Shown one piece after another: positions 23,442 to 31,418 of a stretch of DNA of 39,237 nucleotides; the stretch's first letter is position 1; each line of letters starts with the position of its first letter. The position numbers and the translations under genes are program-made. Origin of the DNA: a virus; the IMG/VR virus record IMGVR_UViG_3300045988_144194. The stretch is one strand, 5' to 3'. The notes under the pieces were generated by a model. That model was not told the origin of the DNA. It worked only from the letters and a program-made list of their open reading frames with translations, and did not search any database.

Positions 23442-23920
23442 CACGCGCCCCTCAGAATCGAGCCGAGTGAGGCAGCACCCAGCTTCTGGGCACCTGCGAA
23501 CCGTCTGGCCGTGGAACGTGACTTCGGCTGCGCGGCGGGCAGTTCGAGTGGGTTGCGCATGGTCAACGCCTGCTGCTGCGCCTGCTCCGGGCCGTTGCCG
23601 AGCATCCGCTGGCGGCGGTACATCCACGCCTCGTCCGCGGATAGGCCCCGCGCCTCGCATTCGCGCGCTATCTGCGCCTCAGAGGGCTTCGACTCGTTGC
23701 GCATCCTGCGCACGATGGCGTTCACATCGCCGGAACCGCACCAGCAACCCGTGCTGTTGTCCGCGTAGAAGCGCTTCACCGCCTTCAACGCCTCTCCCAG
23801 CGTCATGTCCGCGCGAAGCTCCTCGTGGAACGTGCGAGCCTCCAAGTCGGTGATGGCCGCGTTGCCGTGGTGGACGCGAATCTTCGCCAGCACGAGCGTG
23901 CTTTCCTTGAGCGTCAGCAT
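23441..23920 (-). CDS. Hypothetical replication-module protein
   Basis: 159 aa from the ATG at 23920. Sits directly downstream of the initiator-like gene. Confidence 0.5.
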   Translation of the reverse strand: MLTLKESTLVLAKIRVHHGNAAITDLEARTFHEELRADMTLGEALKAVKRFYADNSTGCWCGSGDVNAIVRRMRNESKPSEAQIARECEARGLSADEAWMYRRQRMLGNGPEQAQQQALTMRNPLELPAAQPKSRSTARRFAGAQKLGAASLGSILRGA

Positions 23921-24849
23921 GTCAGTACTCCTTCCCGTGATTGGTTTTCGGCGGCTTCCTCGGCCGCGTAGTGGGCTATCAGTGCCGCGTTCGCATCCTG
24001 GTTGGCCTGCGAACGGTTCCACGCCGATGGCGAGGGGCGTGCGGTCGGCTCGGGTTTGGCCGGCAGCGGGTCGTCGTCCCAGTGTTCGCCGTCCAGCCAG
24101 TTCGCCGGGGTGAGCGTGTAGCCGGGCTCACGGTTCGGGTCGGCGGCGTACCTCGACGCCTTGGCGATCAGGAACGTGTTGTTGGTTTTCCTCCGCGCCT
24201 TCCGCCAAGCCTCGAAGGCCTTGCGTTTGCCGGTCTTGCGTGGATAGGTCTGCCAGAACTGCTCGAACTCGATGGGATAATCCTCGTCGGCGCTCTCTGC
24301 GGCCCCCTCGGCTTGCGAGGGGGTTTGTGGGAGAGAGAATTCTTCGTTAGAAGAATTCTTATCTGTATCTGTATCTGTATCTGTATCTGTATCTGGCTTC
24401 GTTTTGCTTGAGTCTTGCTTCACGTCTGCTTCGTTTGTGCTTCGCGTCTGCTTCGTTTTGCTTGAGTCTTGCTTCACGTTGCGTGACTTGCCGGACGCTG
24501 CGCCACCTTTTCGGCCGGCTTCGGCTTTCTTCGCTTTAGCCTCCTCCACGTCAGCACGAGAACGACCCTGAGCTGCGACGAAATCATGCAGCCACAAGGT
24601 GCCGTCCTCATGCTCGTCTAAAAGATGCGCGTCGATGAGTGCGTCTATATCTTCATCGGAAGCGCCGAGCAGACATTTCAAATGGAAGCGGGACAGTTCA
24701 CCGTCGTTTAATTCGCCAGCGCAGTACGAGATCGCGAACGTCCACACGGAGAACGCGGAAGGGTGCTCCATTGCAAACACGCGAACTTTCTCGTTCTGCC
24801 ATAGGCGTGTGCTGAGCTTCGCGAACTTTTCCATATCGTGCCCGGCCAT
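23914..24849 (-). CDS. Replication initiator / replisome organiser-like protein with a repetitive linker
   Basis: The N-terminal winged-helix-like region and conserved C-terminal region (FEQFWQTYPRKTGKRKAFEAWRKA) are of the DnaD/phage-initiator type. They are separated by a low-complexity linker carrying VKQDSSKTK x2 and (DT)5. Confidence 0.6.
   Translation of the reverse strand: MAGHDMEKFAKLSTRLWQNEKVRVFAMEHPSAFSVWTFAISYCAGELNDGELSRFHLKCLLGASDEDIDALIDAHLLDEHEDGTLWLHDFVAAQGRSRADVEEAKAKKAEAGRKGGAASGKSRNVKQDSSKTKQTRSTNEADVKQDSSKTKPDTDTDTDTDTDKNSSNEEFSLPQTPSQAEGAAESADEDYPIEFEQFWQTYPRKTGKRKAFEAWRKARRKTNNTFLIAKASRYAADPNREPGYTLTPANWLDGEHWDDDPLPAKPEPTARPSPSAWNRSQANQDANAALIAHYAAEEAAENQSREGVLTC
24336..24359. 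repeat. Perfect 10-bp inverted repeat AGAATTCTTC-gtta-GAAGAATTCT
   Basis: Read directly from the sequence. It abuts the hexanucleotide repeat. Confidence 0.9.
24361..24395. repeat. Hexanucleotide microsatellite (ATCTGT) x5 plus a partial copy
   Basis: atctgt repeated in tandem. It encodes PDTDTDTDTDTDK on the minus strand. Confidence 0.95.
24396..24425. repeat. 30-bp direct repeat, copy 1 (gcttcgttttgcttgagtcttgcttcacgt)
   Basis: An identical 30-mer recurs at 24450-24479. Confidence 0.9.
24450..24479. repeat. 30-bp direct repeat, copy 2
   Basis: Identical to 24396-24425. Confidence 0.9.
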
Positions 24850-25034
24850 CAGTCCGCCTCCTTTCTCTTGTCTCTTTGGTATTCGGCTATCAATGCCAGC
24901 AGTTCGGGGTTGGCCGCGATTATCTCGCTGGGCTTCAGCCCCTCGCCATTGGTCTTGGGTTTGCGGTGGTAGCCGCCACGCAAACCGGTGCGACGGCTGC
25001 CACCGATGTAGGTATGAGGGCTAATCCTGGCCAT
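24849..25034 (-). CDS. Small basic hypothetical protein
   Basis: 61-aa ORF coupled to its neighbours. Confidence 0.4.
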   Translation of the reverse strand: MARISPHTYIGGSRRTGLRGGYHRKPKTNGEGLKPSEIIAANPELLALIAEYQRDKRKEAD

Positions 25035-25554
25035 CGTCCGGCCCCAACGCCAAGCCGTCGTTCAGCAGGAGCGCGAACAATTCGAGCGGCATCCACACGA
25101 GCATCGGATTGGAGGGCACCGGCCTCGATTCGCCGCGCAGCCGGTTCGCGAGCTCGCGGCGAATCCGGTAGTCCGGTCCTAACACGTGCCCCATGTGAGT
25201 GGCGAGGAACCGTTCGAGCGTTCCGATGTCGAACACGGCCATCTGCCGGGCCATGCCCTTGAGGCTTTTCACGCCCACGCCCCTGCGGTGTTGGATGAGC
25301 ACCCCGTAGGGAGTGTCCATGTTCGCCATCTCCACTTTGAGCTCCCGCCAATGCTTGCGATAGTTCGGCATCTTCGTGTCCTTGCATTCCACGCACACCG
25401 GCTCGCCATGGAACATGACGCCGATCAGATCGCCCTGGTCGGCGTTGCCATGCAACGGCATACGGTCGATGCGCGTGTCCTGCAACGCCCACGCGAGGTA
25501 ACGCACCGTCCACGTCTCAAGGCTCGTGCCCTTTTTCTTGGCGGGGTTAACCAT
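25021..25554 (-). CDS. PD-(D/E)xK-type nuclease (putative Holliday junction resolvase)
   Basis: 177 aa from the ATG at 25554. The motif GDLIGV..x..VECKDTK fits D...ExK. Located in the recombination/replication module. Confidence 0.55.
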   Translation of the reverse strand: MVNPAKKKGTSLETWTVRYLAWALQDTRIDRMPLHGNADQGDLIGVMFHGEPVCVECKDTKMPNYRKHWRELKVEMANMDTPYGVLIQHRRGVGVKSLKGMARQMAVFDIGTLERFLATHMGHVLGPDYRIRRELANRLRGESRPVPSNPMLVWMPLELFALLLNDGLALGPDDGQD

Positions 25555-26173
25555 TCTGCTCACCGTCCTCGTGTGCGGCTTCGATGGCGATGGTCTCGAA
25601 GTTCGGCTGCTCGGTGGGGAACATGCTTTTGAGCGTGTCCATCGTCTCCGCGATGGAGAACTCGGAACTGCATGAGATGTGGTCGCCCATCGTGTACTCG
25701 AAACGCTGGCCGCAGACACGGCACCAGCGCGGCAACGGGTTCCGTTTCAGCAGCTGCTGCGTCTCCCTCAGGTCGGTGGTGCCTTCCTGAGCCCATACGG
25801 GTTTCTTGCAGCGCGGGCACAGCGACCAGGGGGGGCGTTTCACGACCGGTTTGGCCGGCGCGAACAGCTTCTTCATGGCCTTCTCCGTGGAACCGAACAC
25901 CAAGGGCCACGAGTCCATGATCTGCTGATATCGTTCCTCCGGCCGGTCCTCGAAATCATCACGGAACCGGTTGAATTCCTCGATGCCGTGGAAGATATGG
26001 CTCGAGGCGAGCCACAGCAGGGTCACGGCCACGTAGTCGGGGTAATAGCGGTTAGGTTGCACGCTGACGCGCACGGTGGTGTCGTAGGAGAGTCCCGCCT
26101 CCGCGTCCAACGCGCTGTAGGACACCTCCATCGAGTGTGCGAGCGTAATCAATTGGTCTTTTTCAGCGTTCAA
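25547..26173 (-). CDS. Hypothetical protein with C-terminal zinc ribbons
   Basis: TTG start at 26173, 8 nt after GAGGAG. CPRCKK and CRVCG pairs. Confidence 0.5.
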   Translation of the reverse strand: MNAEKDQLITLAHSMEVSYSALDAEAGLSYDTTVRVSVQPNRYYPDYVAVTLLWLASSHIFHGIEEFNRFRDDFEDRPEERYQQIMDSWPLVFGSTEKAMKKLFAPAKPVVKRPPWSLCPRCKKPVWAQEGTTDLRETQQLLKRNPLPRWCRVCGQRFEYTMGDHISCSSEFSIAETMDTLKSMFPTEQPNFETIAIEAAHEDGEQNG

Positions 26174-26306
26174 TGTGATACTCCTCTTCGGCTTCCTCTT
26201 CGCATTCCGGGCATGGAATCGGCCGTGCCGGGTACAGCGTGCAGCCGTGCTTCGGGCAGACCGGTTCCACGTCCGTCGGCGTCTCATCGTGATACAGGTG
26301 CAACAT
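26163..26306 (-). CDS. 47-aa Cys-rich protein
   Basis: MLHLYHDETPTDVEPVCPKHGCTLYPARPIPCPECEEEAEEEYHIER. Coupled to its neighbours. Confidence 0.4.
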   Translation of the reverse strand: MLHLYHDETPTDVEPVCPKHGCTLYPARPIPCPECEEEAEEEYHIER

Positions 26307-26308
26307 GG

Positions 26309-26788
26309 TCAGAACTCCGGGTCGCTTCCGCCGTTGGCCCACGGGTCGGAGGCCGGTGGCTGCGACTGCTGGTATCCGCCCTGCGTCTGCTGCGTGTAGC
26401 CGCCCTGCGCGCCGTAACCCTGAGACTGTCCGCCGCCCTTCTGCCGAACGTTGGTGATGGCGACGGCGCTGGCGTTGACGTTGCAGCTTGCGGTAGCCTC
26501 GCCCTTCTTGTTCGTGTAGGAGTCGAGGCCGCTGATTTCGCCCACGATGGTCACGTCCACGAACTGGTCCTGATTCTGACGCAGCTGGGCGATCTGGTCG
26601 AACACTGGGTTGAGGTTCGCGTAGCCAGCAGGCCACACCGAGTAGTACTGTTCCGGCTGGCTGACCCAGTTGCCGTTCCGGTCACGGTAGCCGGGCGACA
26701 TCGATACTCTCAGATACCGTTTGCCGTTCTGCGTTTCTCGCACGCCCCACGCCGTGCCCTGGATGATGATGGTCGCTCTTCCCGCCAT
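26309..26788 (-). CDS. ssb: Single-stranded DNA-binding protein
   Basis: An OB-fold-like N-terminal region, a Gly/Gln-rich linker (GGGQSQGYGAQGGYTQQTQGGYQQ) and an acidic tip GGSDPEF. Confidence 0.85.
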   Translation of the reverse strand: MAGRATIIIQGTAWGVRETQNGKRYLRVSMSPGYRDRNGNWVSQPEQYYSVWPAGYANLNPVFDQIAQLRQNQDQFVDVTIVGEISGLDSYTNKKGEATASCNVNASAVAITNVRQKGGGQSQGYGAQGGYTQQTQGGYQQSQPPASDPWANGGSDPEF

Positions 26789-26790
26789 GG

Positions 26791-27828
26791 TCACTCGCCT
26801 TCCTTCACGCTGGCCTTCAACTGGCCCAGCACCTTGTCAAGCTCAGCCTCCGACAGTTCGTCGCTGGCCTTCACCTCACGGTTCAGAATCTTCGTGATGG
26901 TCTCGCACGCCTCCGCGTCCGAAGCCACGCCCAACGCCTGGAAGCGGCGAATCATCTCCGCACGCTTCACATCCACCGGGGAAGGCTCCGCCTCGGGCTG
27001 GGTTTCCTGTTGCGGCTGTTCGGACTCGTCCACGCTCACGTCAACCGGCGAATCATCCACCGTCTCGTCGGGCAGGGGGCGGAACAGTTCGGAATAGTCG
27101 GGCGTGGTCTCGTCGGAGACGGCCGCGGACTGGGCTTCGACGCTCACCGGGAGCCATTTGAAGCTGCGGCGCACCACCGTCTTCAACGCCATGGCCTCAT
27201 AGTCGGTGCGCCATGGGCCCTTGTTGCCTGCGGGGCTGCGGCGTTTGACGGCCTCGACTTCTTCCTTGGTCATGTGCACGAACACGCTTCCTGCAGGCAG
27301 CAGCTGGGCGTTCACATACACGTCGGTCAGCGTGGCCTCGGTGTGCGGCACGCCACGGGTGGCGCGGAACTTGAAGTGCTGGCCGGTCTCATCCTCCCAG
27401 TAATCGAATTCGTCGCCCTGGTACACGGCCTGCGCGTGAATGCTCTTCAACTGGCCGGAACGACGGGCCAACGCGATCATGCCGCGATAGCCGAGCACGA
27501 ACATGGCCTCCTTCTGGCCGGTGCGCATGTTCTTGTTACCGAATGGCAGGATGTAGGCCATGCCGAGCCCGTTCACGTTCGACGGTTCCAGACCGAGGCT
27601 CGTGCAGCGCATGAAGCATGACAACACCGATTCGACCGAGCAGCTGGCCAGCTGGGGTTCGCGGTTGATGGTGCTCACGTACATCTGGTAGAGGCGCTTC
27701 TCGCTCATCTCCTGCGGCATGACCGCCGCGATGCGAGGCCAGCTCTTCTCGAGCAGCTGCTTCATCTGGCGCTGCGGGTTCATGGCCTGCATCTGCACGT
27801 TCTGCGCCTGTGTCGCTAACTGTCCCAT
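26791..27828 (-). CDS. recT: RecT-family single-strand annealing recombinase
   Basis: The motifs LGLEPS..GMAYILPFGN..VLGYRGMIALARRSG are typical of RecT. Paired with an upstream exonuclease. Confidence 0.85.
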   Translation of the reverse strand: MGQLATQAQNVQMQAMNPQRQMKQLLEKSWPRIAAVMPQEMSEKRLYQMYVSTINREPQLASCSVESVLSCFMRCTSLGLEPSNVNGLGMAYILPFGNKNMRTGQKEAMFVLGYRGMIALARRSGQLKSIHAQAVYQGDEFDYWEDETGQHFKFRATRGVPHTEATLTDVYVNAQLLPAGSVFVHMTKEEVEAVKRRSPAGNKGPWRTDYEAMALKTVVRRSFKWLPVSVEAQSAAVSDETTPDYSELFRPLPDETVDDSPVDVSVDESEQPQQETQPEAEPSPVDVKRAEMIRRFQALGVASDAEACETITKILNREVKASDELSEAELDKVLGQLKASVKEGE

Positions 27829-27841
27829 AATCGGTTCTCCT

Positions 27842-28831
27842 TTACTTGGTTTTCTTCGGTTTGATTTCGCTGAATCGGAAGGTGCGGCCCTCCCATGGTT
27901 CGACCACGCGCGTGTAGCCCTTGCGTGAGGAATGCTTGTAGGTGGCCTGCAGGTTGCCGCAGCGCACCCCCTCGTGGTCTCCGATATAGGGGAGTATGCA
28001 GTCCTGCAACTCCTCCTTGTGCTGCTTCAACGCGCTCAGGTCGGCGGTCGTCTGCTGGTAGTCGGCCATGAGCCTGCGCAGATCGGTGCTGTCGCTCATG
28101 TCCTCGATGCCCTCCGAAGGCTCCGGGTACGCCTTGGCCACGTCCGCGCCGGTGAGGGTGGGCATTTCGTCGCGGGTGACGAAACCCCAGAAGTCCTCGG
28201 CGGCTTTGATTACAGCGTGAATGTCGTCCTCGTCGCGCTCGAACCGCACCTCGACCGGTTCCGACTCTCCGATATCCGCGTAGAACACGCCCCACGTGAA
28301 GCCGGTGACGGCCATGTAATGCGTGACCTGCGCCATGTAGTACTGCGGGGCCACGAGCTCGCCCGTCTCGTCGTGCCAGTCGGTGCGCCCACGGTTCGCG
28401 TTCGCCGTCTTGATCTCGAGAATGCCCCACGAATCGCTCTCCTCGTCGTAGACGAAGCCGTCCAGCGAGGCGTGCATCAACGGATGCTGCTTGGATACCA
28501 AGGAAATGTCGGTGCCGTCGATGACCTGGTACTCCGGGTGCAGCTGGCGGAACCGGCGGCGCAGTTCGACCTCCAAGGCGTTGCCCTTGACGATCGCCCA
28601 CTTGCCGCTGATATCCTCCGGCTGCTGACGGTTCGTCTTCTCCAACCACAGGTCGTAGGGGGTCGAGTACGGGTTGAGGCCGAGAATCGTGCTCATGTCC
28701 GAGCCGCCGACACCCAGTGCGCGGAACGCGTGCCACGCACTCTCACGCTCCTTCTTCGTGTGCTGGCGGAAACGGTGCACGTCGAACAGTCCGGTCGCCT
28801 GCGCTGCCATGTCAACGGTCACTCGCTTCAT
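27842..28831 (-). CDS. YqaJ/lambda-Exo-like recombination exonuclease
   Basis: GVGGSDMSTILGLNPYSTPYDLWLEKT and GILEIKT (PD-ExK) are hallmark YqaJ motifs. Confidence 0.85.
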   Translation of the reverse strand: MKRVTVDMAAQATGLFDVHRFRQHTKKERESAWHAFRALGVGGSDMSTILGLNPYSTPYDLWLEKTNRQQPEDISGKWAIVKGNALEVELRRRFRQLHPEYQVIDGTDISLVSKQHPLMHASLDGFVYDEESDSWGILEIKTANANRGRTDWHDETGELVAPQYYMAQVTHYMAVTGFTWGVFYADIGESEPVEVRFERDEDDIHAVIKAAEDFWGFVTRDEMPTLTGADVAKAYPEPSEGIEDMSDSTDLRRLMADYQQTTADLSALKQHKEELQDCILPYIGDHEGVRCGNLQATYKHSSRKGYTRVVEPWEGRTFRFSEIKPKKTK

Positions 28832-29060
28832 TCCTGCTCCTTAGCTTCGACTTGCTGACGTATTCCACTCGCGCGCTCACCCTGCGCCGTTGCCTGTCGG
28901 TGACGACCATGCCCGGCAACGGCATCACGTACAGGTACGGGTTGCCGGTCTGACTGTTCCGGTCGCTGATCAGATCCATAAACTCCACGATCAGTTCGCC
29001 CGGCGTCATGCTCATGCCCTCGTCCGTGATCGGACTCCACAGTTCCACCGTGTCCGTCAT
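28812..29060 (-). CDS. Hypothetical early protein
   Basis: 82 aa with high GC3 from the ATG at 29060. RBS AGAGGA. Confidence 0.5.
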   Translation of the reverse strand: MTDTVELWSPITDEGMSMTPGELIVEFMDLISDRNSQTGNPYLYVMPLPGMVVTDRQRRRVSARVEYVSKSKLRSRNEASDR

Positions 29061-29223
29061 CCATATCCTCTCGTAGTCCGACGAGCCGCAGCCCGGCCTC
29101 GTGGATGCTCAGGCCAATGAGGCTCGCGAGGCTCTGGCGCGTGGGGTGGGCGGTCAGGATGTCCAGATTCTTGAGCAGCTTCCCGGCGACCGCCAGCCAC
29201 ATGTCGTTCGGCAGATCAGTCAT
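28828..29223 (-). CDS. Hypothetical early protein. Only the first ~55 codons look coding, and the rest overlaps 28812-29060 out of frame.
   Basis: The ATG at 29223 is coupled to the upstream stop (TATGACTGA). GC3 drops at about 29065, where the other frame becomes coding-like. Confidence 0.35.
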   Translation of the reverse strand: MTDLPNDMWLAVAGKLLKNLDILTAHPTRQSLASLIGLSIHEAGLRLVGLREDMDDGHGGTVESDHGRGHEHDAGRTDRGVYGSDQRPEQSDRQPVPVRDAVAGHGRHRQATAQGERASGIRQQVEAKEQE

Positions 29224-29431
29224 ACAGGTATTGCTTGTGGGTTCGTTGGTTGCGCTGGTCAAAACGGTTCACCTCCTCGACGCGGAAGCCGAGCACCTGT
29301 CCCGTGTCCGGGTCCAATACCGGCACGGGCCCCCAGCCTCGGGTGAGCTTGTTCTGGATGGTTTTCTTCGCCCTCCCGTAGTGTTCGGCGAGCTGGGCCA
29401 CACTCATGAGATTCGGTGTTTCCGCGCTCAT
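29216..29431 (-). CDS. Small HTH DNA-binding protein (excisionase/MerR-like)
   Basis: 71 aa from the ATG at 29431. LMSVAQLAEHYGRAKKTIQNKL is HTH-like. Confidence 0.55.
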   Translation of the reverse strand: MSAETPNLMSVAQLAEHYGRAKKTIQNKLTRGWGPVPVLDPDTGQVLGFRVEEVNRFDQRNQRTHKQYLYD

Positions 29432-29465
29432 GGGGTTATCCTTTCTGTTGAGAGTTTTTCTTCTC

Positions 29466-29496
29466 GCCCCCGTGCCAGCGGGGGCTTTCTTTTTTT
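29466..29496 (+). terminator. Hairpin GCCCCCG-tgccag-CGGGGGC followed by TTTCTTTTTTT (intrinsic-terminator-like on the plus strand)
   Basis: Perfect 7-bp GC stem plus a T tract. No plus-strand gene lies upstream of it. Confidence 0.5.
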
Positions 29497-29508
29497 GAAC
29501 TTGTGTTC

Positions 29509-29545
29509 GTGGACGGCCACGGAGTCGAACCGTGGTCCCGGTCTT
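29509..29545 (-). other. Orphan tRNA 3'-half-like fragment (T-arm plus acceptor 3' strand)
   Basis: The minus strand reads GGGACCACGGTTCGACTCCGTGGCCGTCCAC, a canonical GGTTCGACTCC T-loop/stem. No matching 5' acceptor strand (GGACGGC) and no canonical anticodon loop lie upstream. Confidence 0.5.
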
Positions 29546-29651
29546 TGCCGCGCATACATGACCTACGCGATCTCGACTGGGGGCAACCTGCACCGCCCGA
29601 AGCGGGACGCCGGAGAATAGACCAAAGCCGACGCCCCACCGGTTCAAGAAA

Positions 29652-29682
29652 ACTGACACCGTATCTGTCAGTTGTTTTTTCA
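29652..29682. terminator. Bidirectional intrinsic-terminator-like hairpin AACTGACA-ccgtatc-TGTCAGTT flanked by A and T tracts
   Basis: T-rich tracts follow the stem on both strands. It lies just downstream of the minus-strand gene ending at 29752. Confidence 0.55.
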
Positions 29683-29751
29683 GTTATCACGTGGGTTACC
29701 GGTTTTCCTTCCGCTTGGCCGGCCGGTTTTCCACGCCGTCCGGCAAGACTG

Positions 29752-29997
29752 TTATTCGACGCCCGCCTCGCTCAAAACGAGGCACAGGAGCCGCAAGGGA
29801 ACGAGCCCGAAGCCCATGAGCGCGGCCAAACCGTTGCCGATGGGATGCGCGCAACCCGTGTGGGTCATCACCCAGCCGATGCACACCGCGAACACGAGAA
29901 TCCAGAAGACGAGACGACTCATGAAACCTTGGGACGGCTCGGTGGCTTCCGGCTTCCGGTAGCCGCTGAAGTGATGGCCGTAATCCTTGGTGTTCAT
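29752..29997 (-). CDS. Small membrane protein (two predicted TM helices)
   Basis: Hydrophobic stretches LVFWILVFAVCIGWVM and GLAALMGFGLVPLRLLCLVL. Confidence 0.55.
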   Translation of the reverse strand: MNTKDYGHHFSGYRKPEATEPSQGFMSRLVFWILVFAVCIGWVMTHTGCAHPIGNGLAALMGFGLVPLRLLCLVLSEAGVE

Positions 29998-30179
29998 TTC
30001 GAGTCCTTGAGTGCTTGGTTGATTTCCGCTTTCATGGCCTTCAGGCCGCTCTTGGTGACCCTCTGGATCGTGTGTCCGTCAAGGGTGACGGAGAAGAGGC
30101 ACGGGTATCCACGGGACTCCAACTCTGGGGTGCGCGCCACCCGGAACTCACGACAGTCGTTACTGGAAAGGACGGCCAT
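29994..30179 (-). CDS. Hypothetical early protein
   Basis: 61 aa from the internal ATG at 30179. ATGA overlaps on both sides. Confidence 0.45.
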   Translation of the reverse strand: MAVLSSNDCREFRVARTPELESRGYPCLFSVTLDGHTIQRVTKSGLKAMKAEINQALKDSK

Positions 30180-30430
30180 CACGCCACCTCCTTGCCGTTG
30201 GTGTCGAGCGCGTCGGCCAAGGTCTTGACCGGGTCTCCGCCCGATAGTTGTTGTGCGGCCACGAATGCGGCGAGGCTCATGTCGTCGCCGTCGAGCCATT
30301 TGGCGATGGTCATGCGGTTGCGGTTGCTGGCGTCGGCGATGCTGGTCATCTTGGTCTTGGACAGCAGCACGCGGTTACGGGTGTCATGGGTCGCCCGTTT
30401 TGCGACTTCAATTGCTGGTAGGTTAGACAT
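30179..30430 (-). CDS. Cro/XRE-type HTH early regulator
   Basis: TSIADASNRNRMTIAKWLDG is a typical HTH. It is a small protein at the head of the leftward gene string. Confidence 0.65.
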   Translation of the reverse strand: MSNLPAIEVAKRATHDTRNRVLLSKTKMTSIADASNRNRMTIAKWLDGDDMSLAAFVAAQQLSGGDPVKTLADALDTNGKEVA

Positions 30431-30453
30431 GTGCTAATTCCTTTGACTGATGA

Positions 30454-31248
30454 TTGGGGGTATGGGGCGTGGTGAACGCGGCTACCTATGTGAAGCGTTT
30501 TCTGCTGGCCAATAAGGCGGATGGCATAACATATCGTTTCCCGGATGTATCGGGCGCGATGGCCGAAGTGGACAGCACGTTGAGAACGGCTGCGGCGGCC
30601 GGAGACGAAGATGCCGACCTCGCCTGCCGTTGTCTCGCCGACATCTGGTACAACATCTCAGTTGCTTGGGAACGGAACCAGCGCAGCATGGAGATGATGG
30701 ATTCGAAGGTTCCCATCTCGAACGAGGATCGCATGGCGCTACGCACCGCGGAACGTCTGCTGGATGCGAGGGCCGCCGAATATCCGCAGGAGAGAAGAGA
30801 CAGTATCCGAGAGCTTGTCGCCGACGTTCCCGGCTTGCTCAAGGCCGTCACGCTGCCGAAGGACCTCAAGGAGTACGTGGCCCGTCTTGTCCGCGAGGTC
30901 GGCACCGCATTGGATGAGTATGAGCTGACCGGCGACTTCAAACTGGACATCGCGTTCACCCGATTGCAAACTTCGTTGAATATCATCGCCGCGACCCCCA
31001 AAGACGAGAAATCACAGCGAACAGTGATGGAGTTTTTGCAGAAGCGTGTGGTCCCTTGCGTTGCAGCTGTCGGTTTCGCGTTAGGGGCTCTTGCCGATTC
31101 CGCGACGATACTGGAGTATCTGGGATATTCTCCTGCCCAGATCGAATCCCATGAGCCGCGTAAAACTCCCGAACCGCCTGCGAGCGATATCCCGCAAGCC
31201 GTTCAGGCGTCAGACGCTCATCCGGAGAATCCTCAATCAGACGAGTGA
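30454..31248 (+). CDS. Unknown protein with a C-terminal hydrophobic helix, opposite in orientation to the early genes (start uncertain, 30454-30556)
   Basis: Coding-like codon usage over most of its length. VVPCVAAVGFALGALADSATIL is TM-like. No recognisable family. Confidence 0.5.
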   Translation: MGVWGVVNAATYVKRFLLANKADGITYRFPDVSGAMAEVDSTLRTAAAAGDEDADLACRCLADIWYNISVAWERNQRSMEMMDSKVPISNEDRMALRTAERLLDARAAEYPQERRDSIRELVADVPGLLKAVTLPKDLKEYVARLVREVGTALDEYELTGDFKLDIAFTRLQTSLNIIAATPKDEKSQRTVMEFLQKRVVPCVAAVGFALGALADSATILEYLGYSPAQIESHEPRKTPEPPASDIPQAVQASDAHPENPQSDE

Positions 31249-31336
31249 CGTCATCCACCACGGCATCCAACACATCAACGGCAGCATCAAAGGAGCTACC
31301 CTCATATCGAGATAGATTTAGCTTCATCTCAGCCAC
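30983..31336 (-). CDS. First leftward early ORF, convergent with and overlapping 30454-31248 by 266 nt
   Basis: An excellent RBS (AGGAGGTG, 6 nt, ATG) and a consensus-like promoter lie just upstream. The first ~65 aa look protein-like and the overlapping tail is doubtful. Confidence 0.45.
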   Translation of the reverse strand: MAEMKLNLSRYEGSSFDAAVDVLDAVVDDVTRLIEDSPDERLTPERLAGYRSQAVREFYAAHGIRSGQENIPDTPVSSRNRQEPLTRNRQLQRKGPHASAKTPSLFAVISRLWGSRR

Positions 31337-31339
31337 CTC

Positions 31340-31418
31340 CTATAGCAAATGCTCTATCTAAAATTAAATATAGCGTCTGCTATATTCTGTAGCAACTGCT
31401 CGGCGTGTCTGCTATAGT
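31340..31418. promoter_or_regulatory. Operator cluster and rightward repressor-gene promoter (-10 TATAGT at 31412-31417, leaderless geometry)
   Basis: GTCTGCTATA occurs at 31375-31384 and 31407-31416. The inverted half-site CTATAGCA is at 31340-31347. TATAGT, then 8 nt, then the ATG at 31426. Confidence 0.45.
31367..31395 (-). promoter_or_regulatory. Leftward early promoter TTGCTA-17-TATATT
   Basis: The minus strand reads TTGCTA CAGAATATAGCAGACGC TATATT, in the AT-rich divergent region. An operator-like GTCTGCTATA lies in the spacer. Confidence 0.55.

Noticed and set aside
24361-24480. A possible CRISPR-like or other array, suggested by the regular short repeats.
   Set aside because: The repeat unit is only 6 bp with no spacers, and the 30-bp repeats occur only twice. 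Everything lies in frame inside a coding linker. No cas genes are present.
29509-29600. A complete tRNA (with TCA or CAT in a 7-nt loop) on the minus strand.
   Set aside because: No 5' acceptor strand complementary to GCCGTCC is present. The loop GGTCATG lacks U33, and no D-arm can be drawn. Only the 3' portion is tRNA-like.
30486-31001. A minus-strand 171-aa ORF between the leftward early ORF and the Cro-like gene.
   Set aside because: Its translation is Ser/Arg-rich and antisense-like. It lies entirely opposite the better-supported plus-strand ORF 30454-31248.
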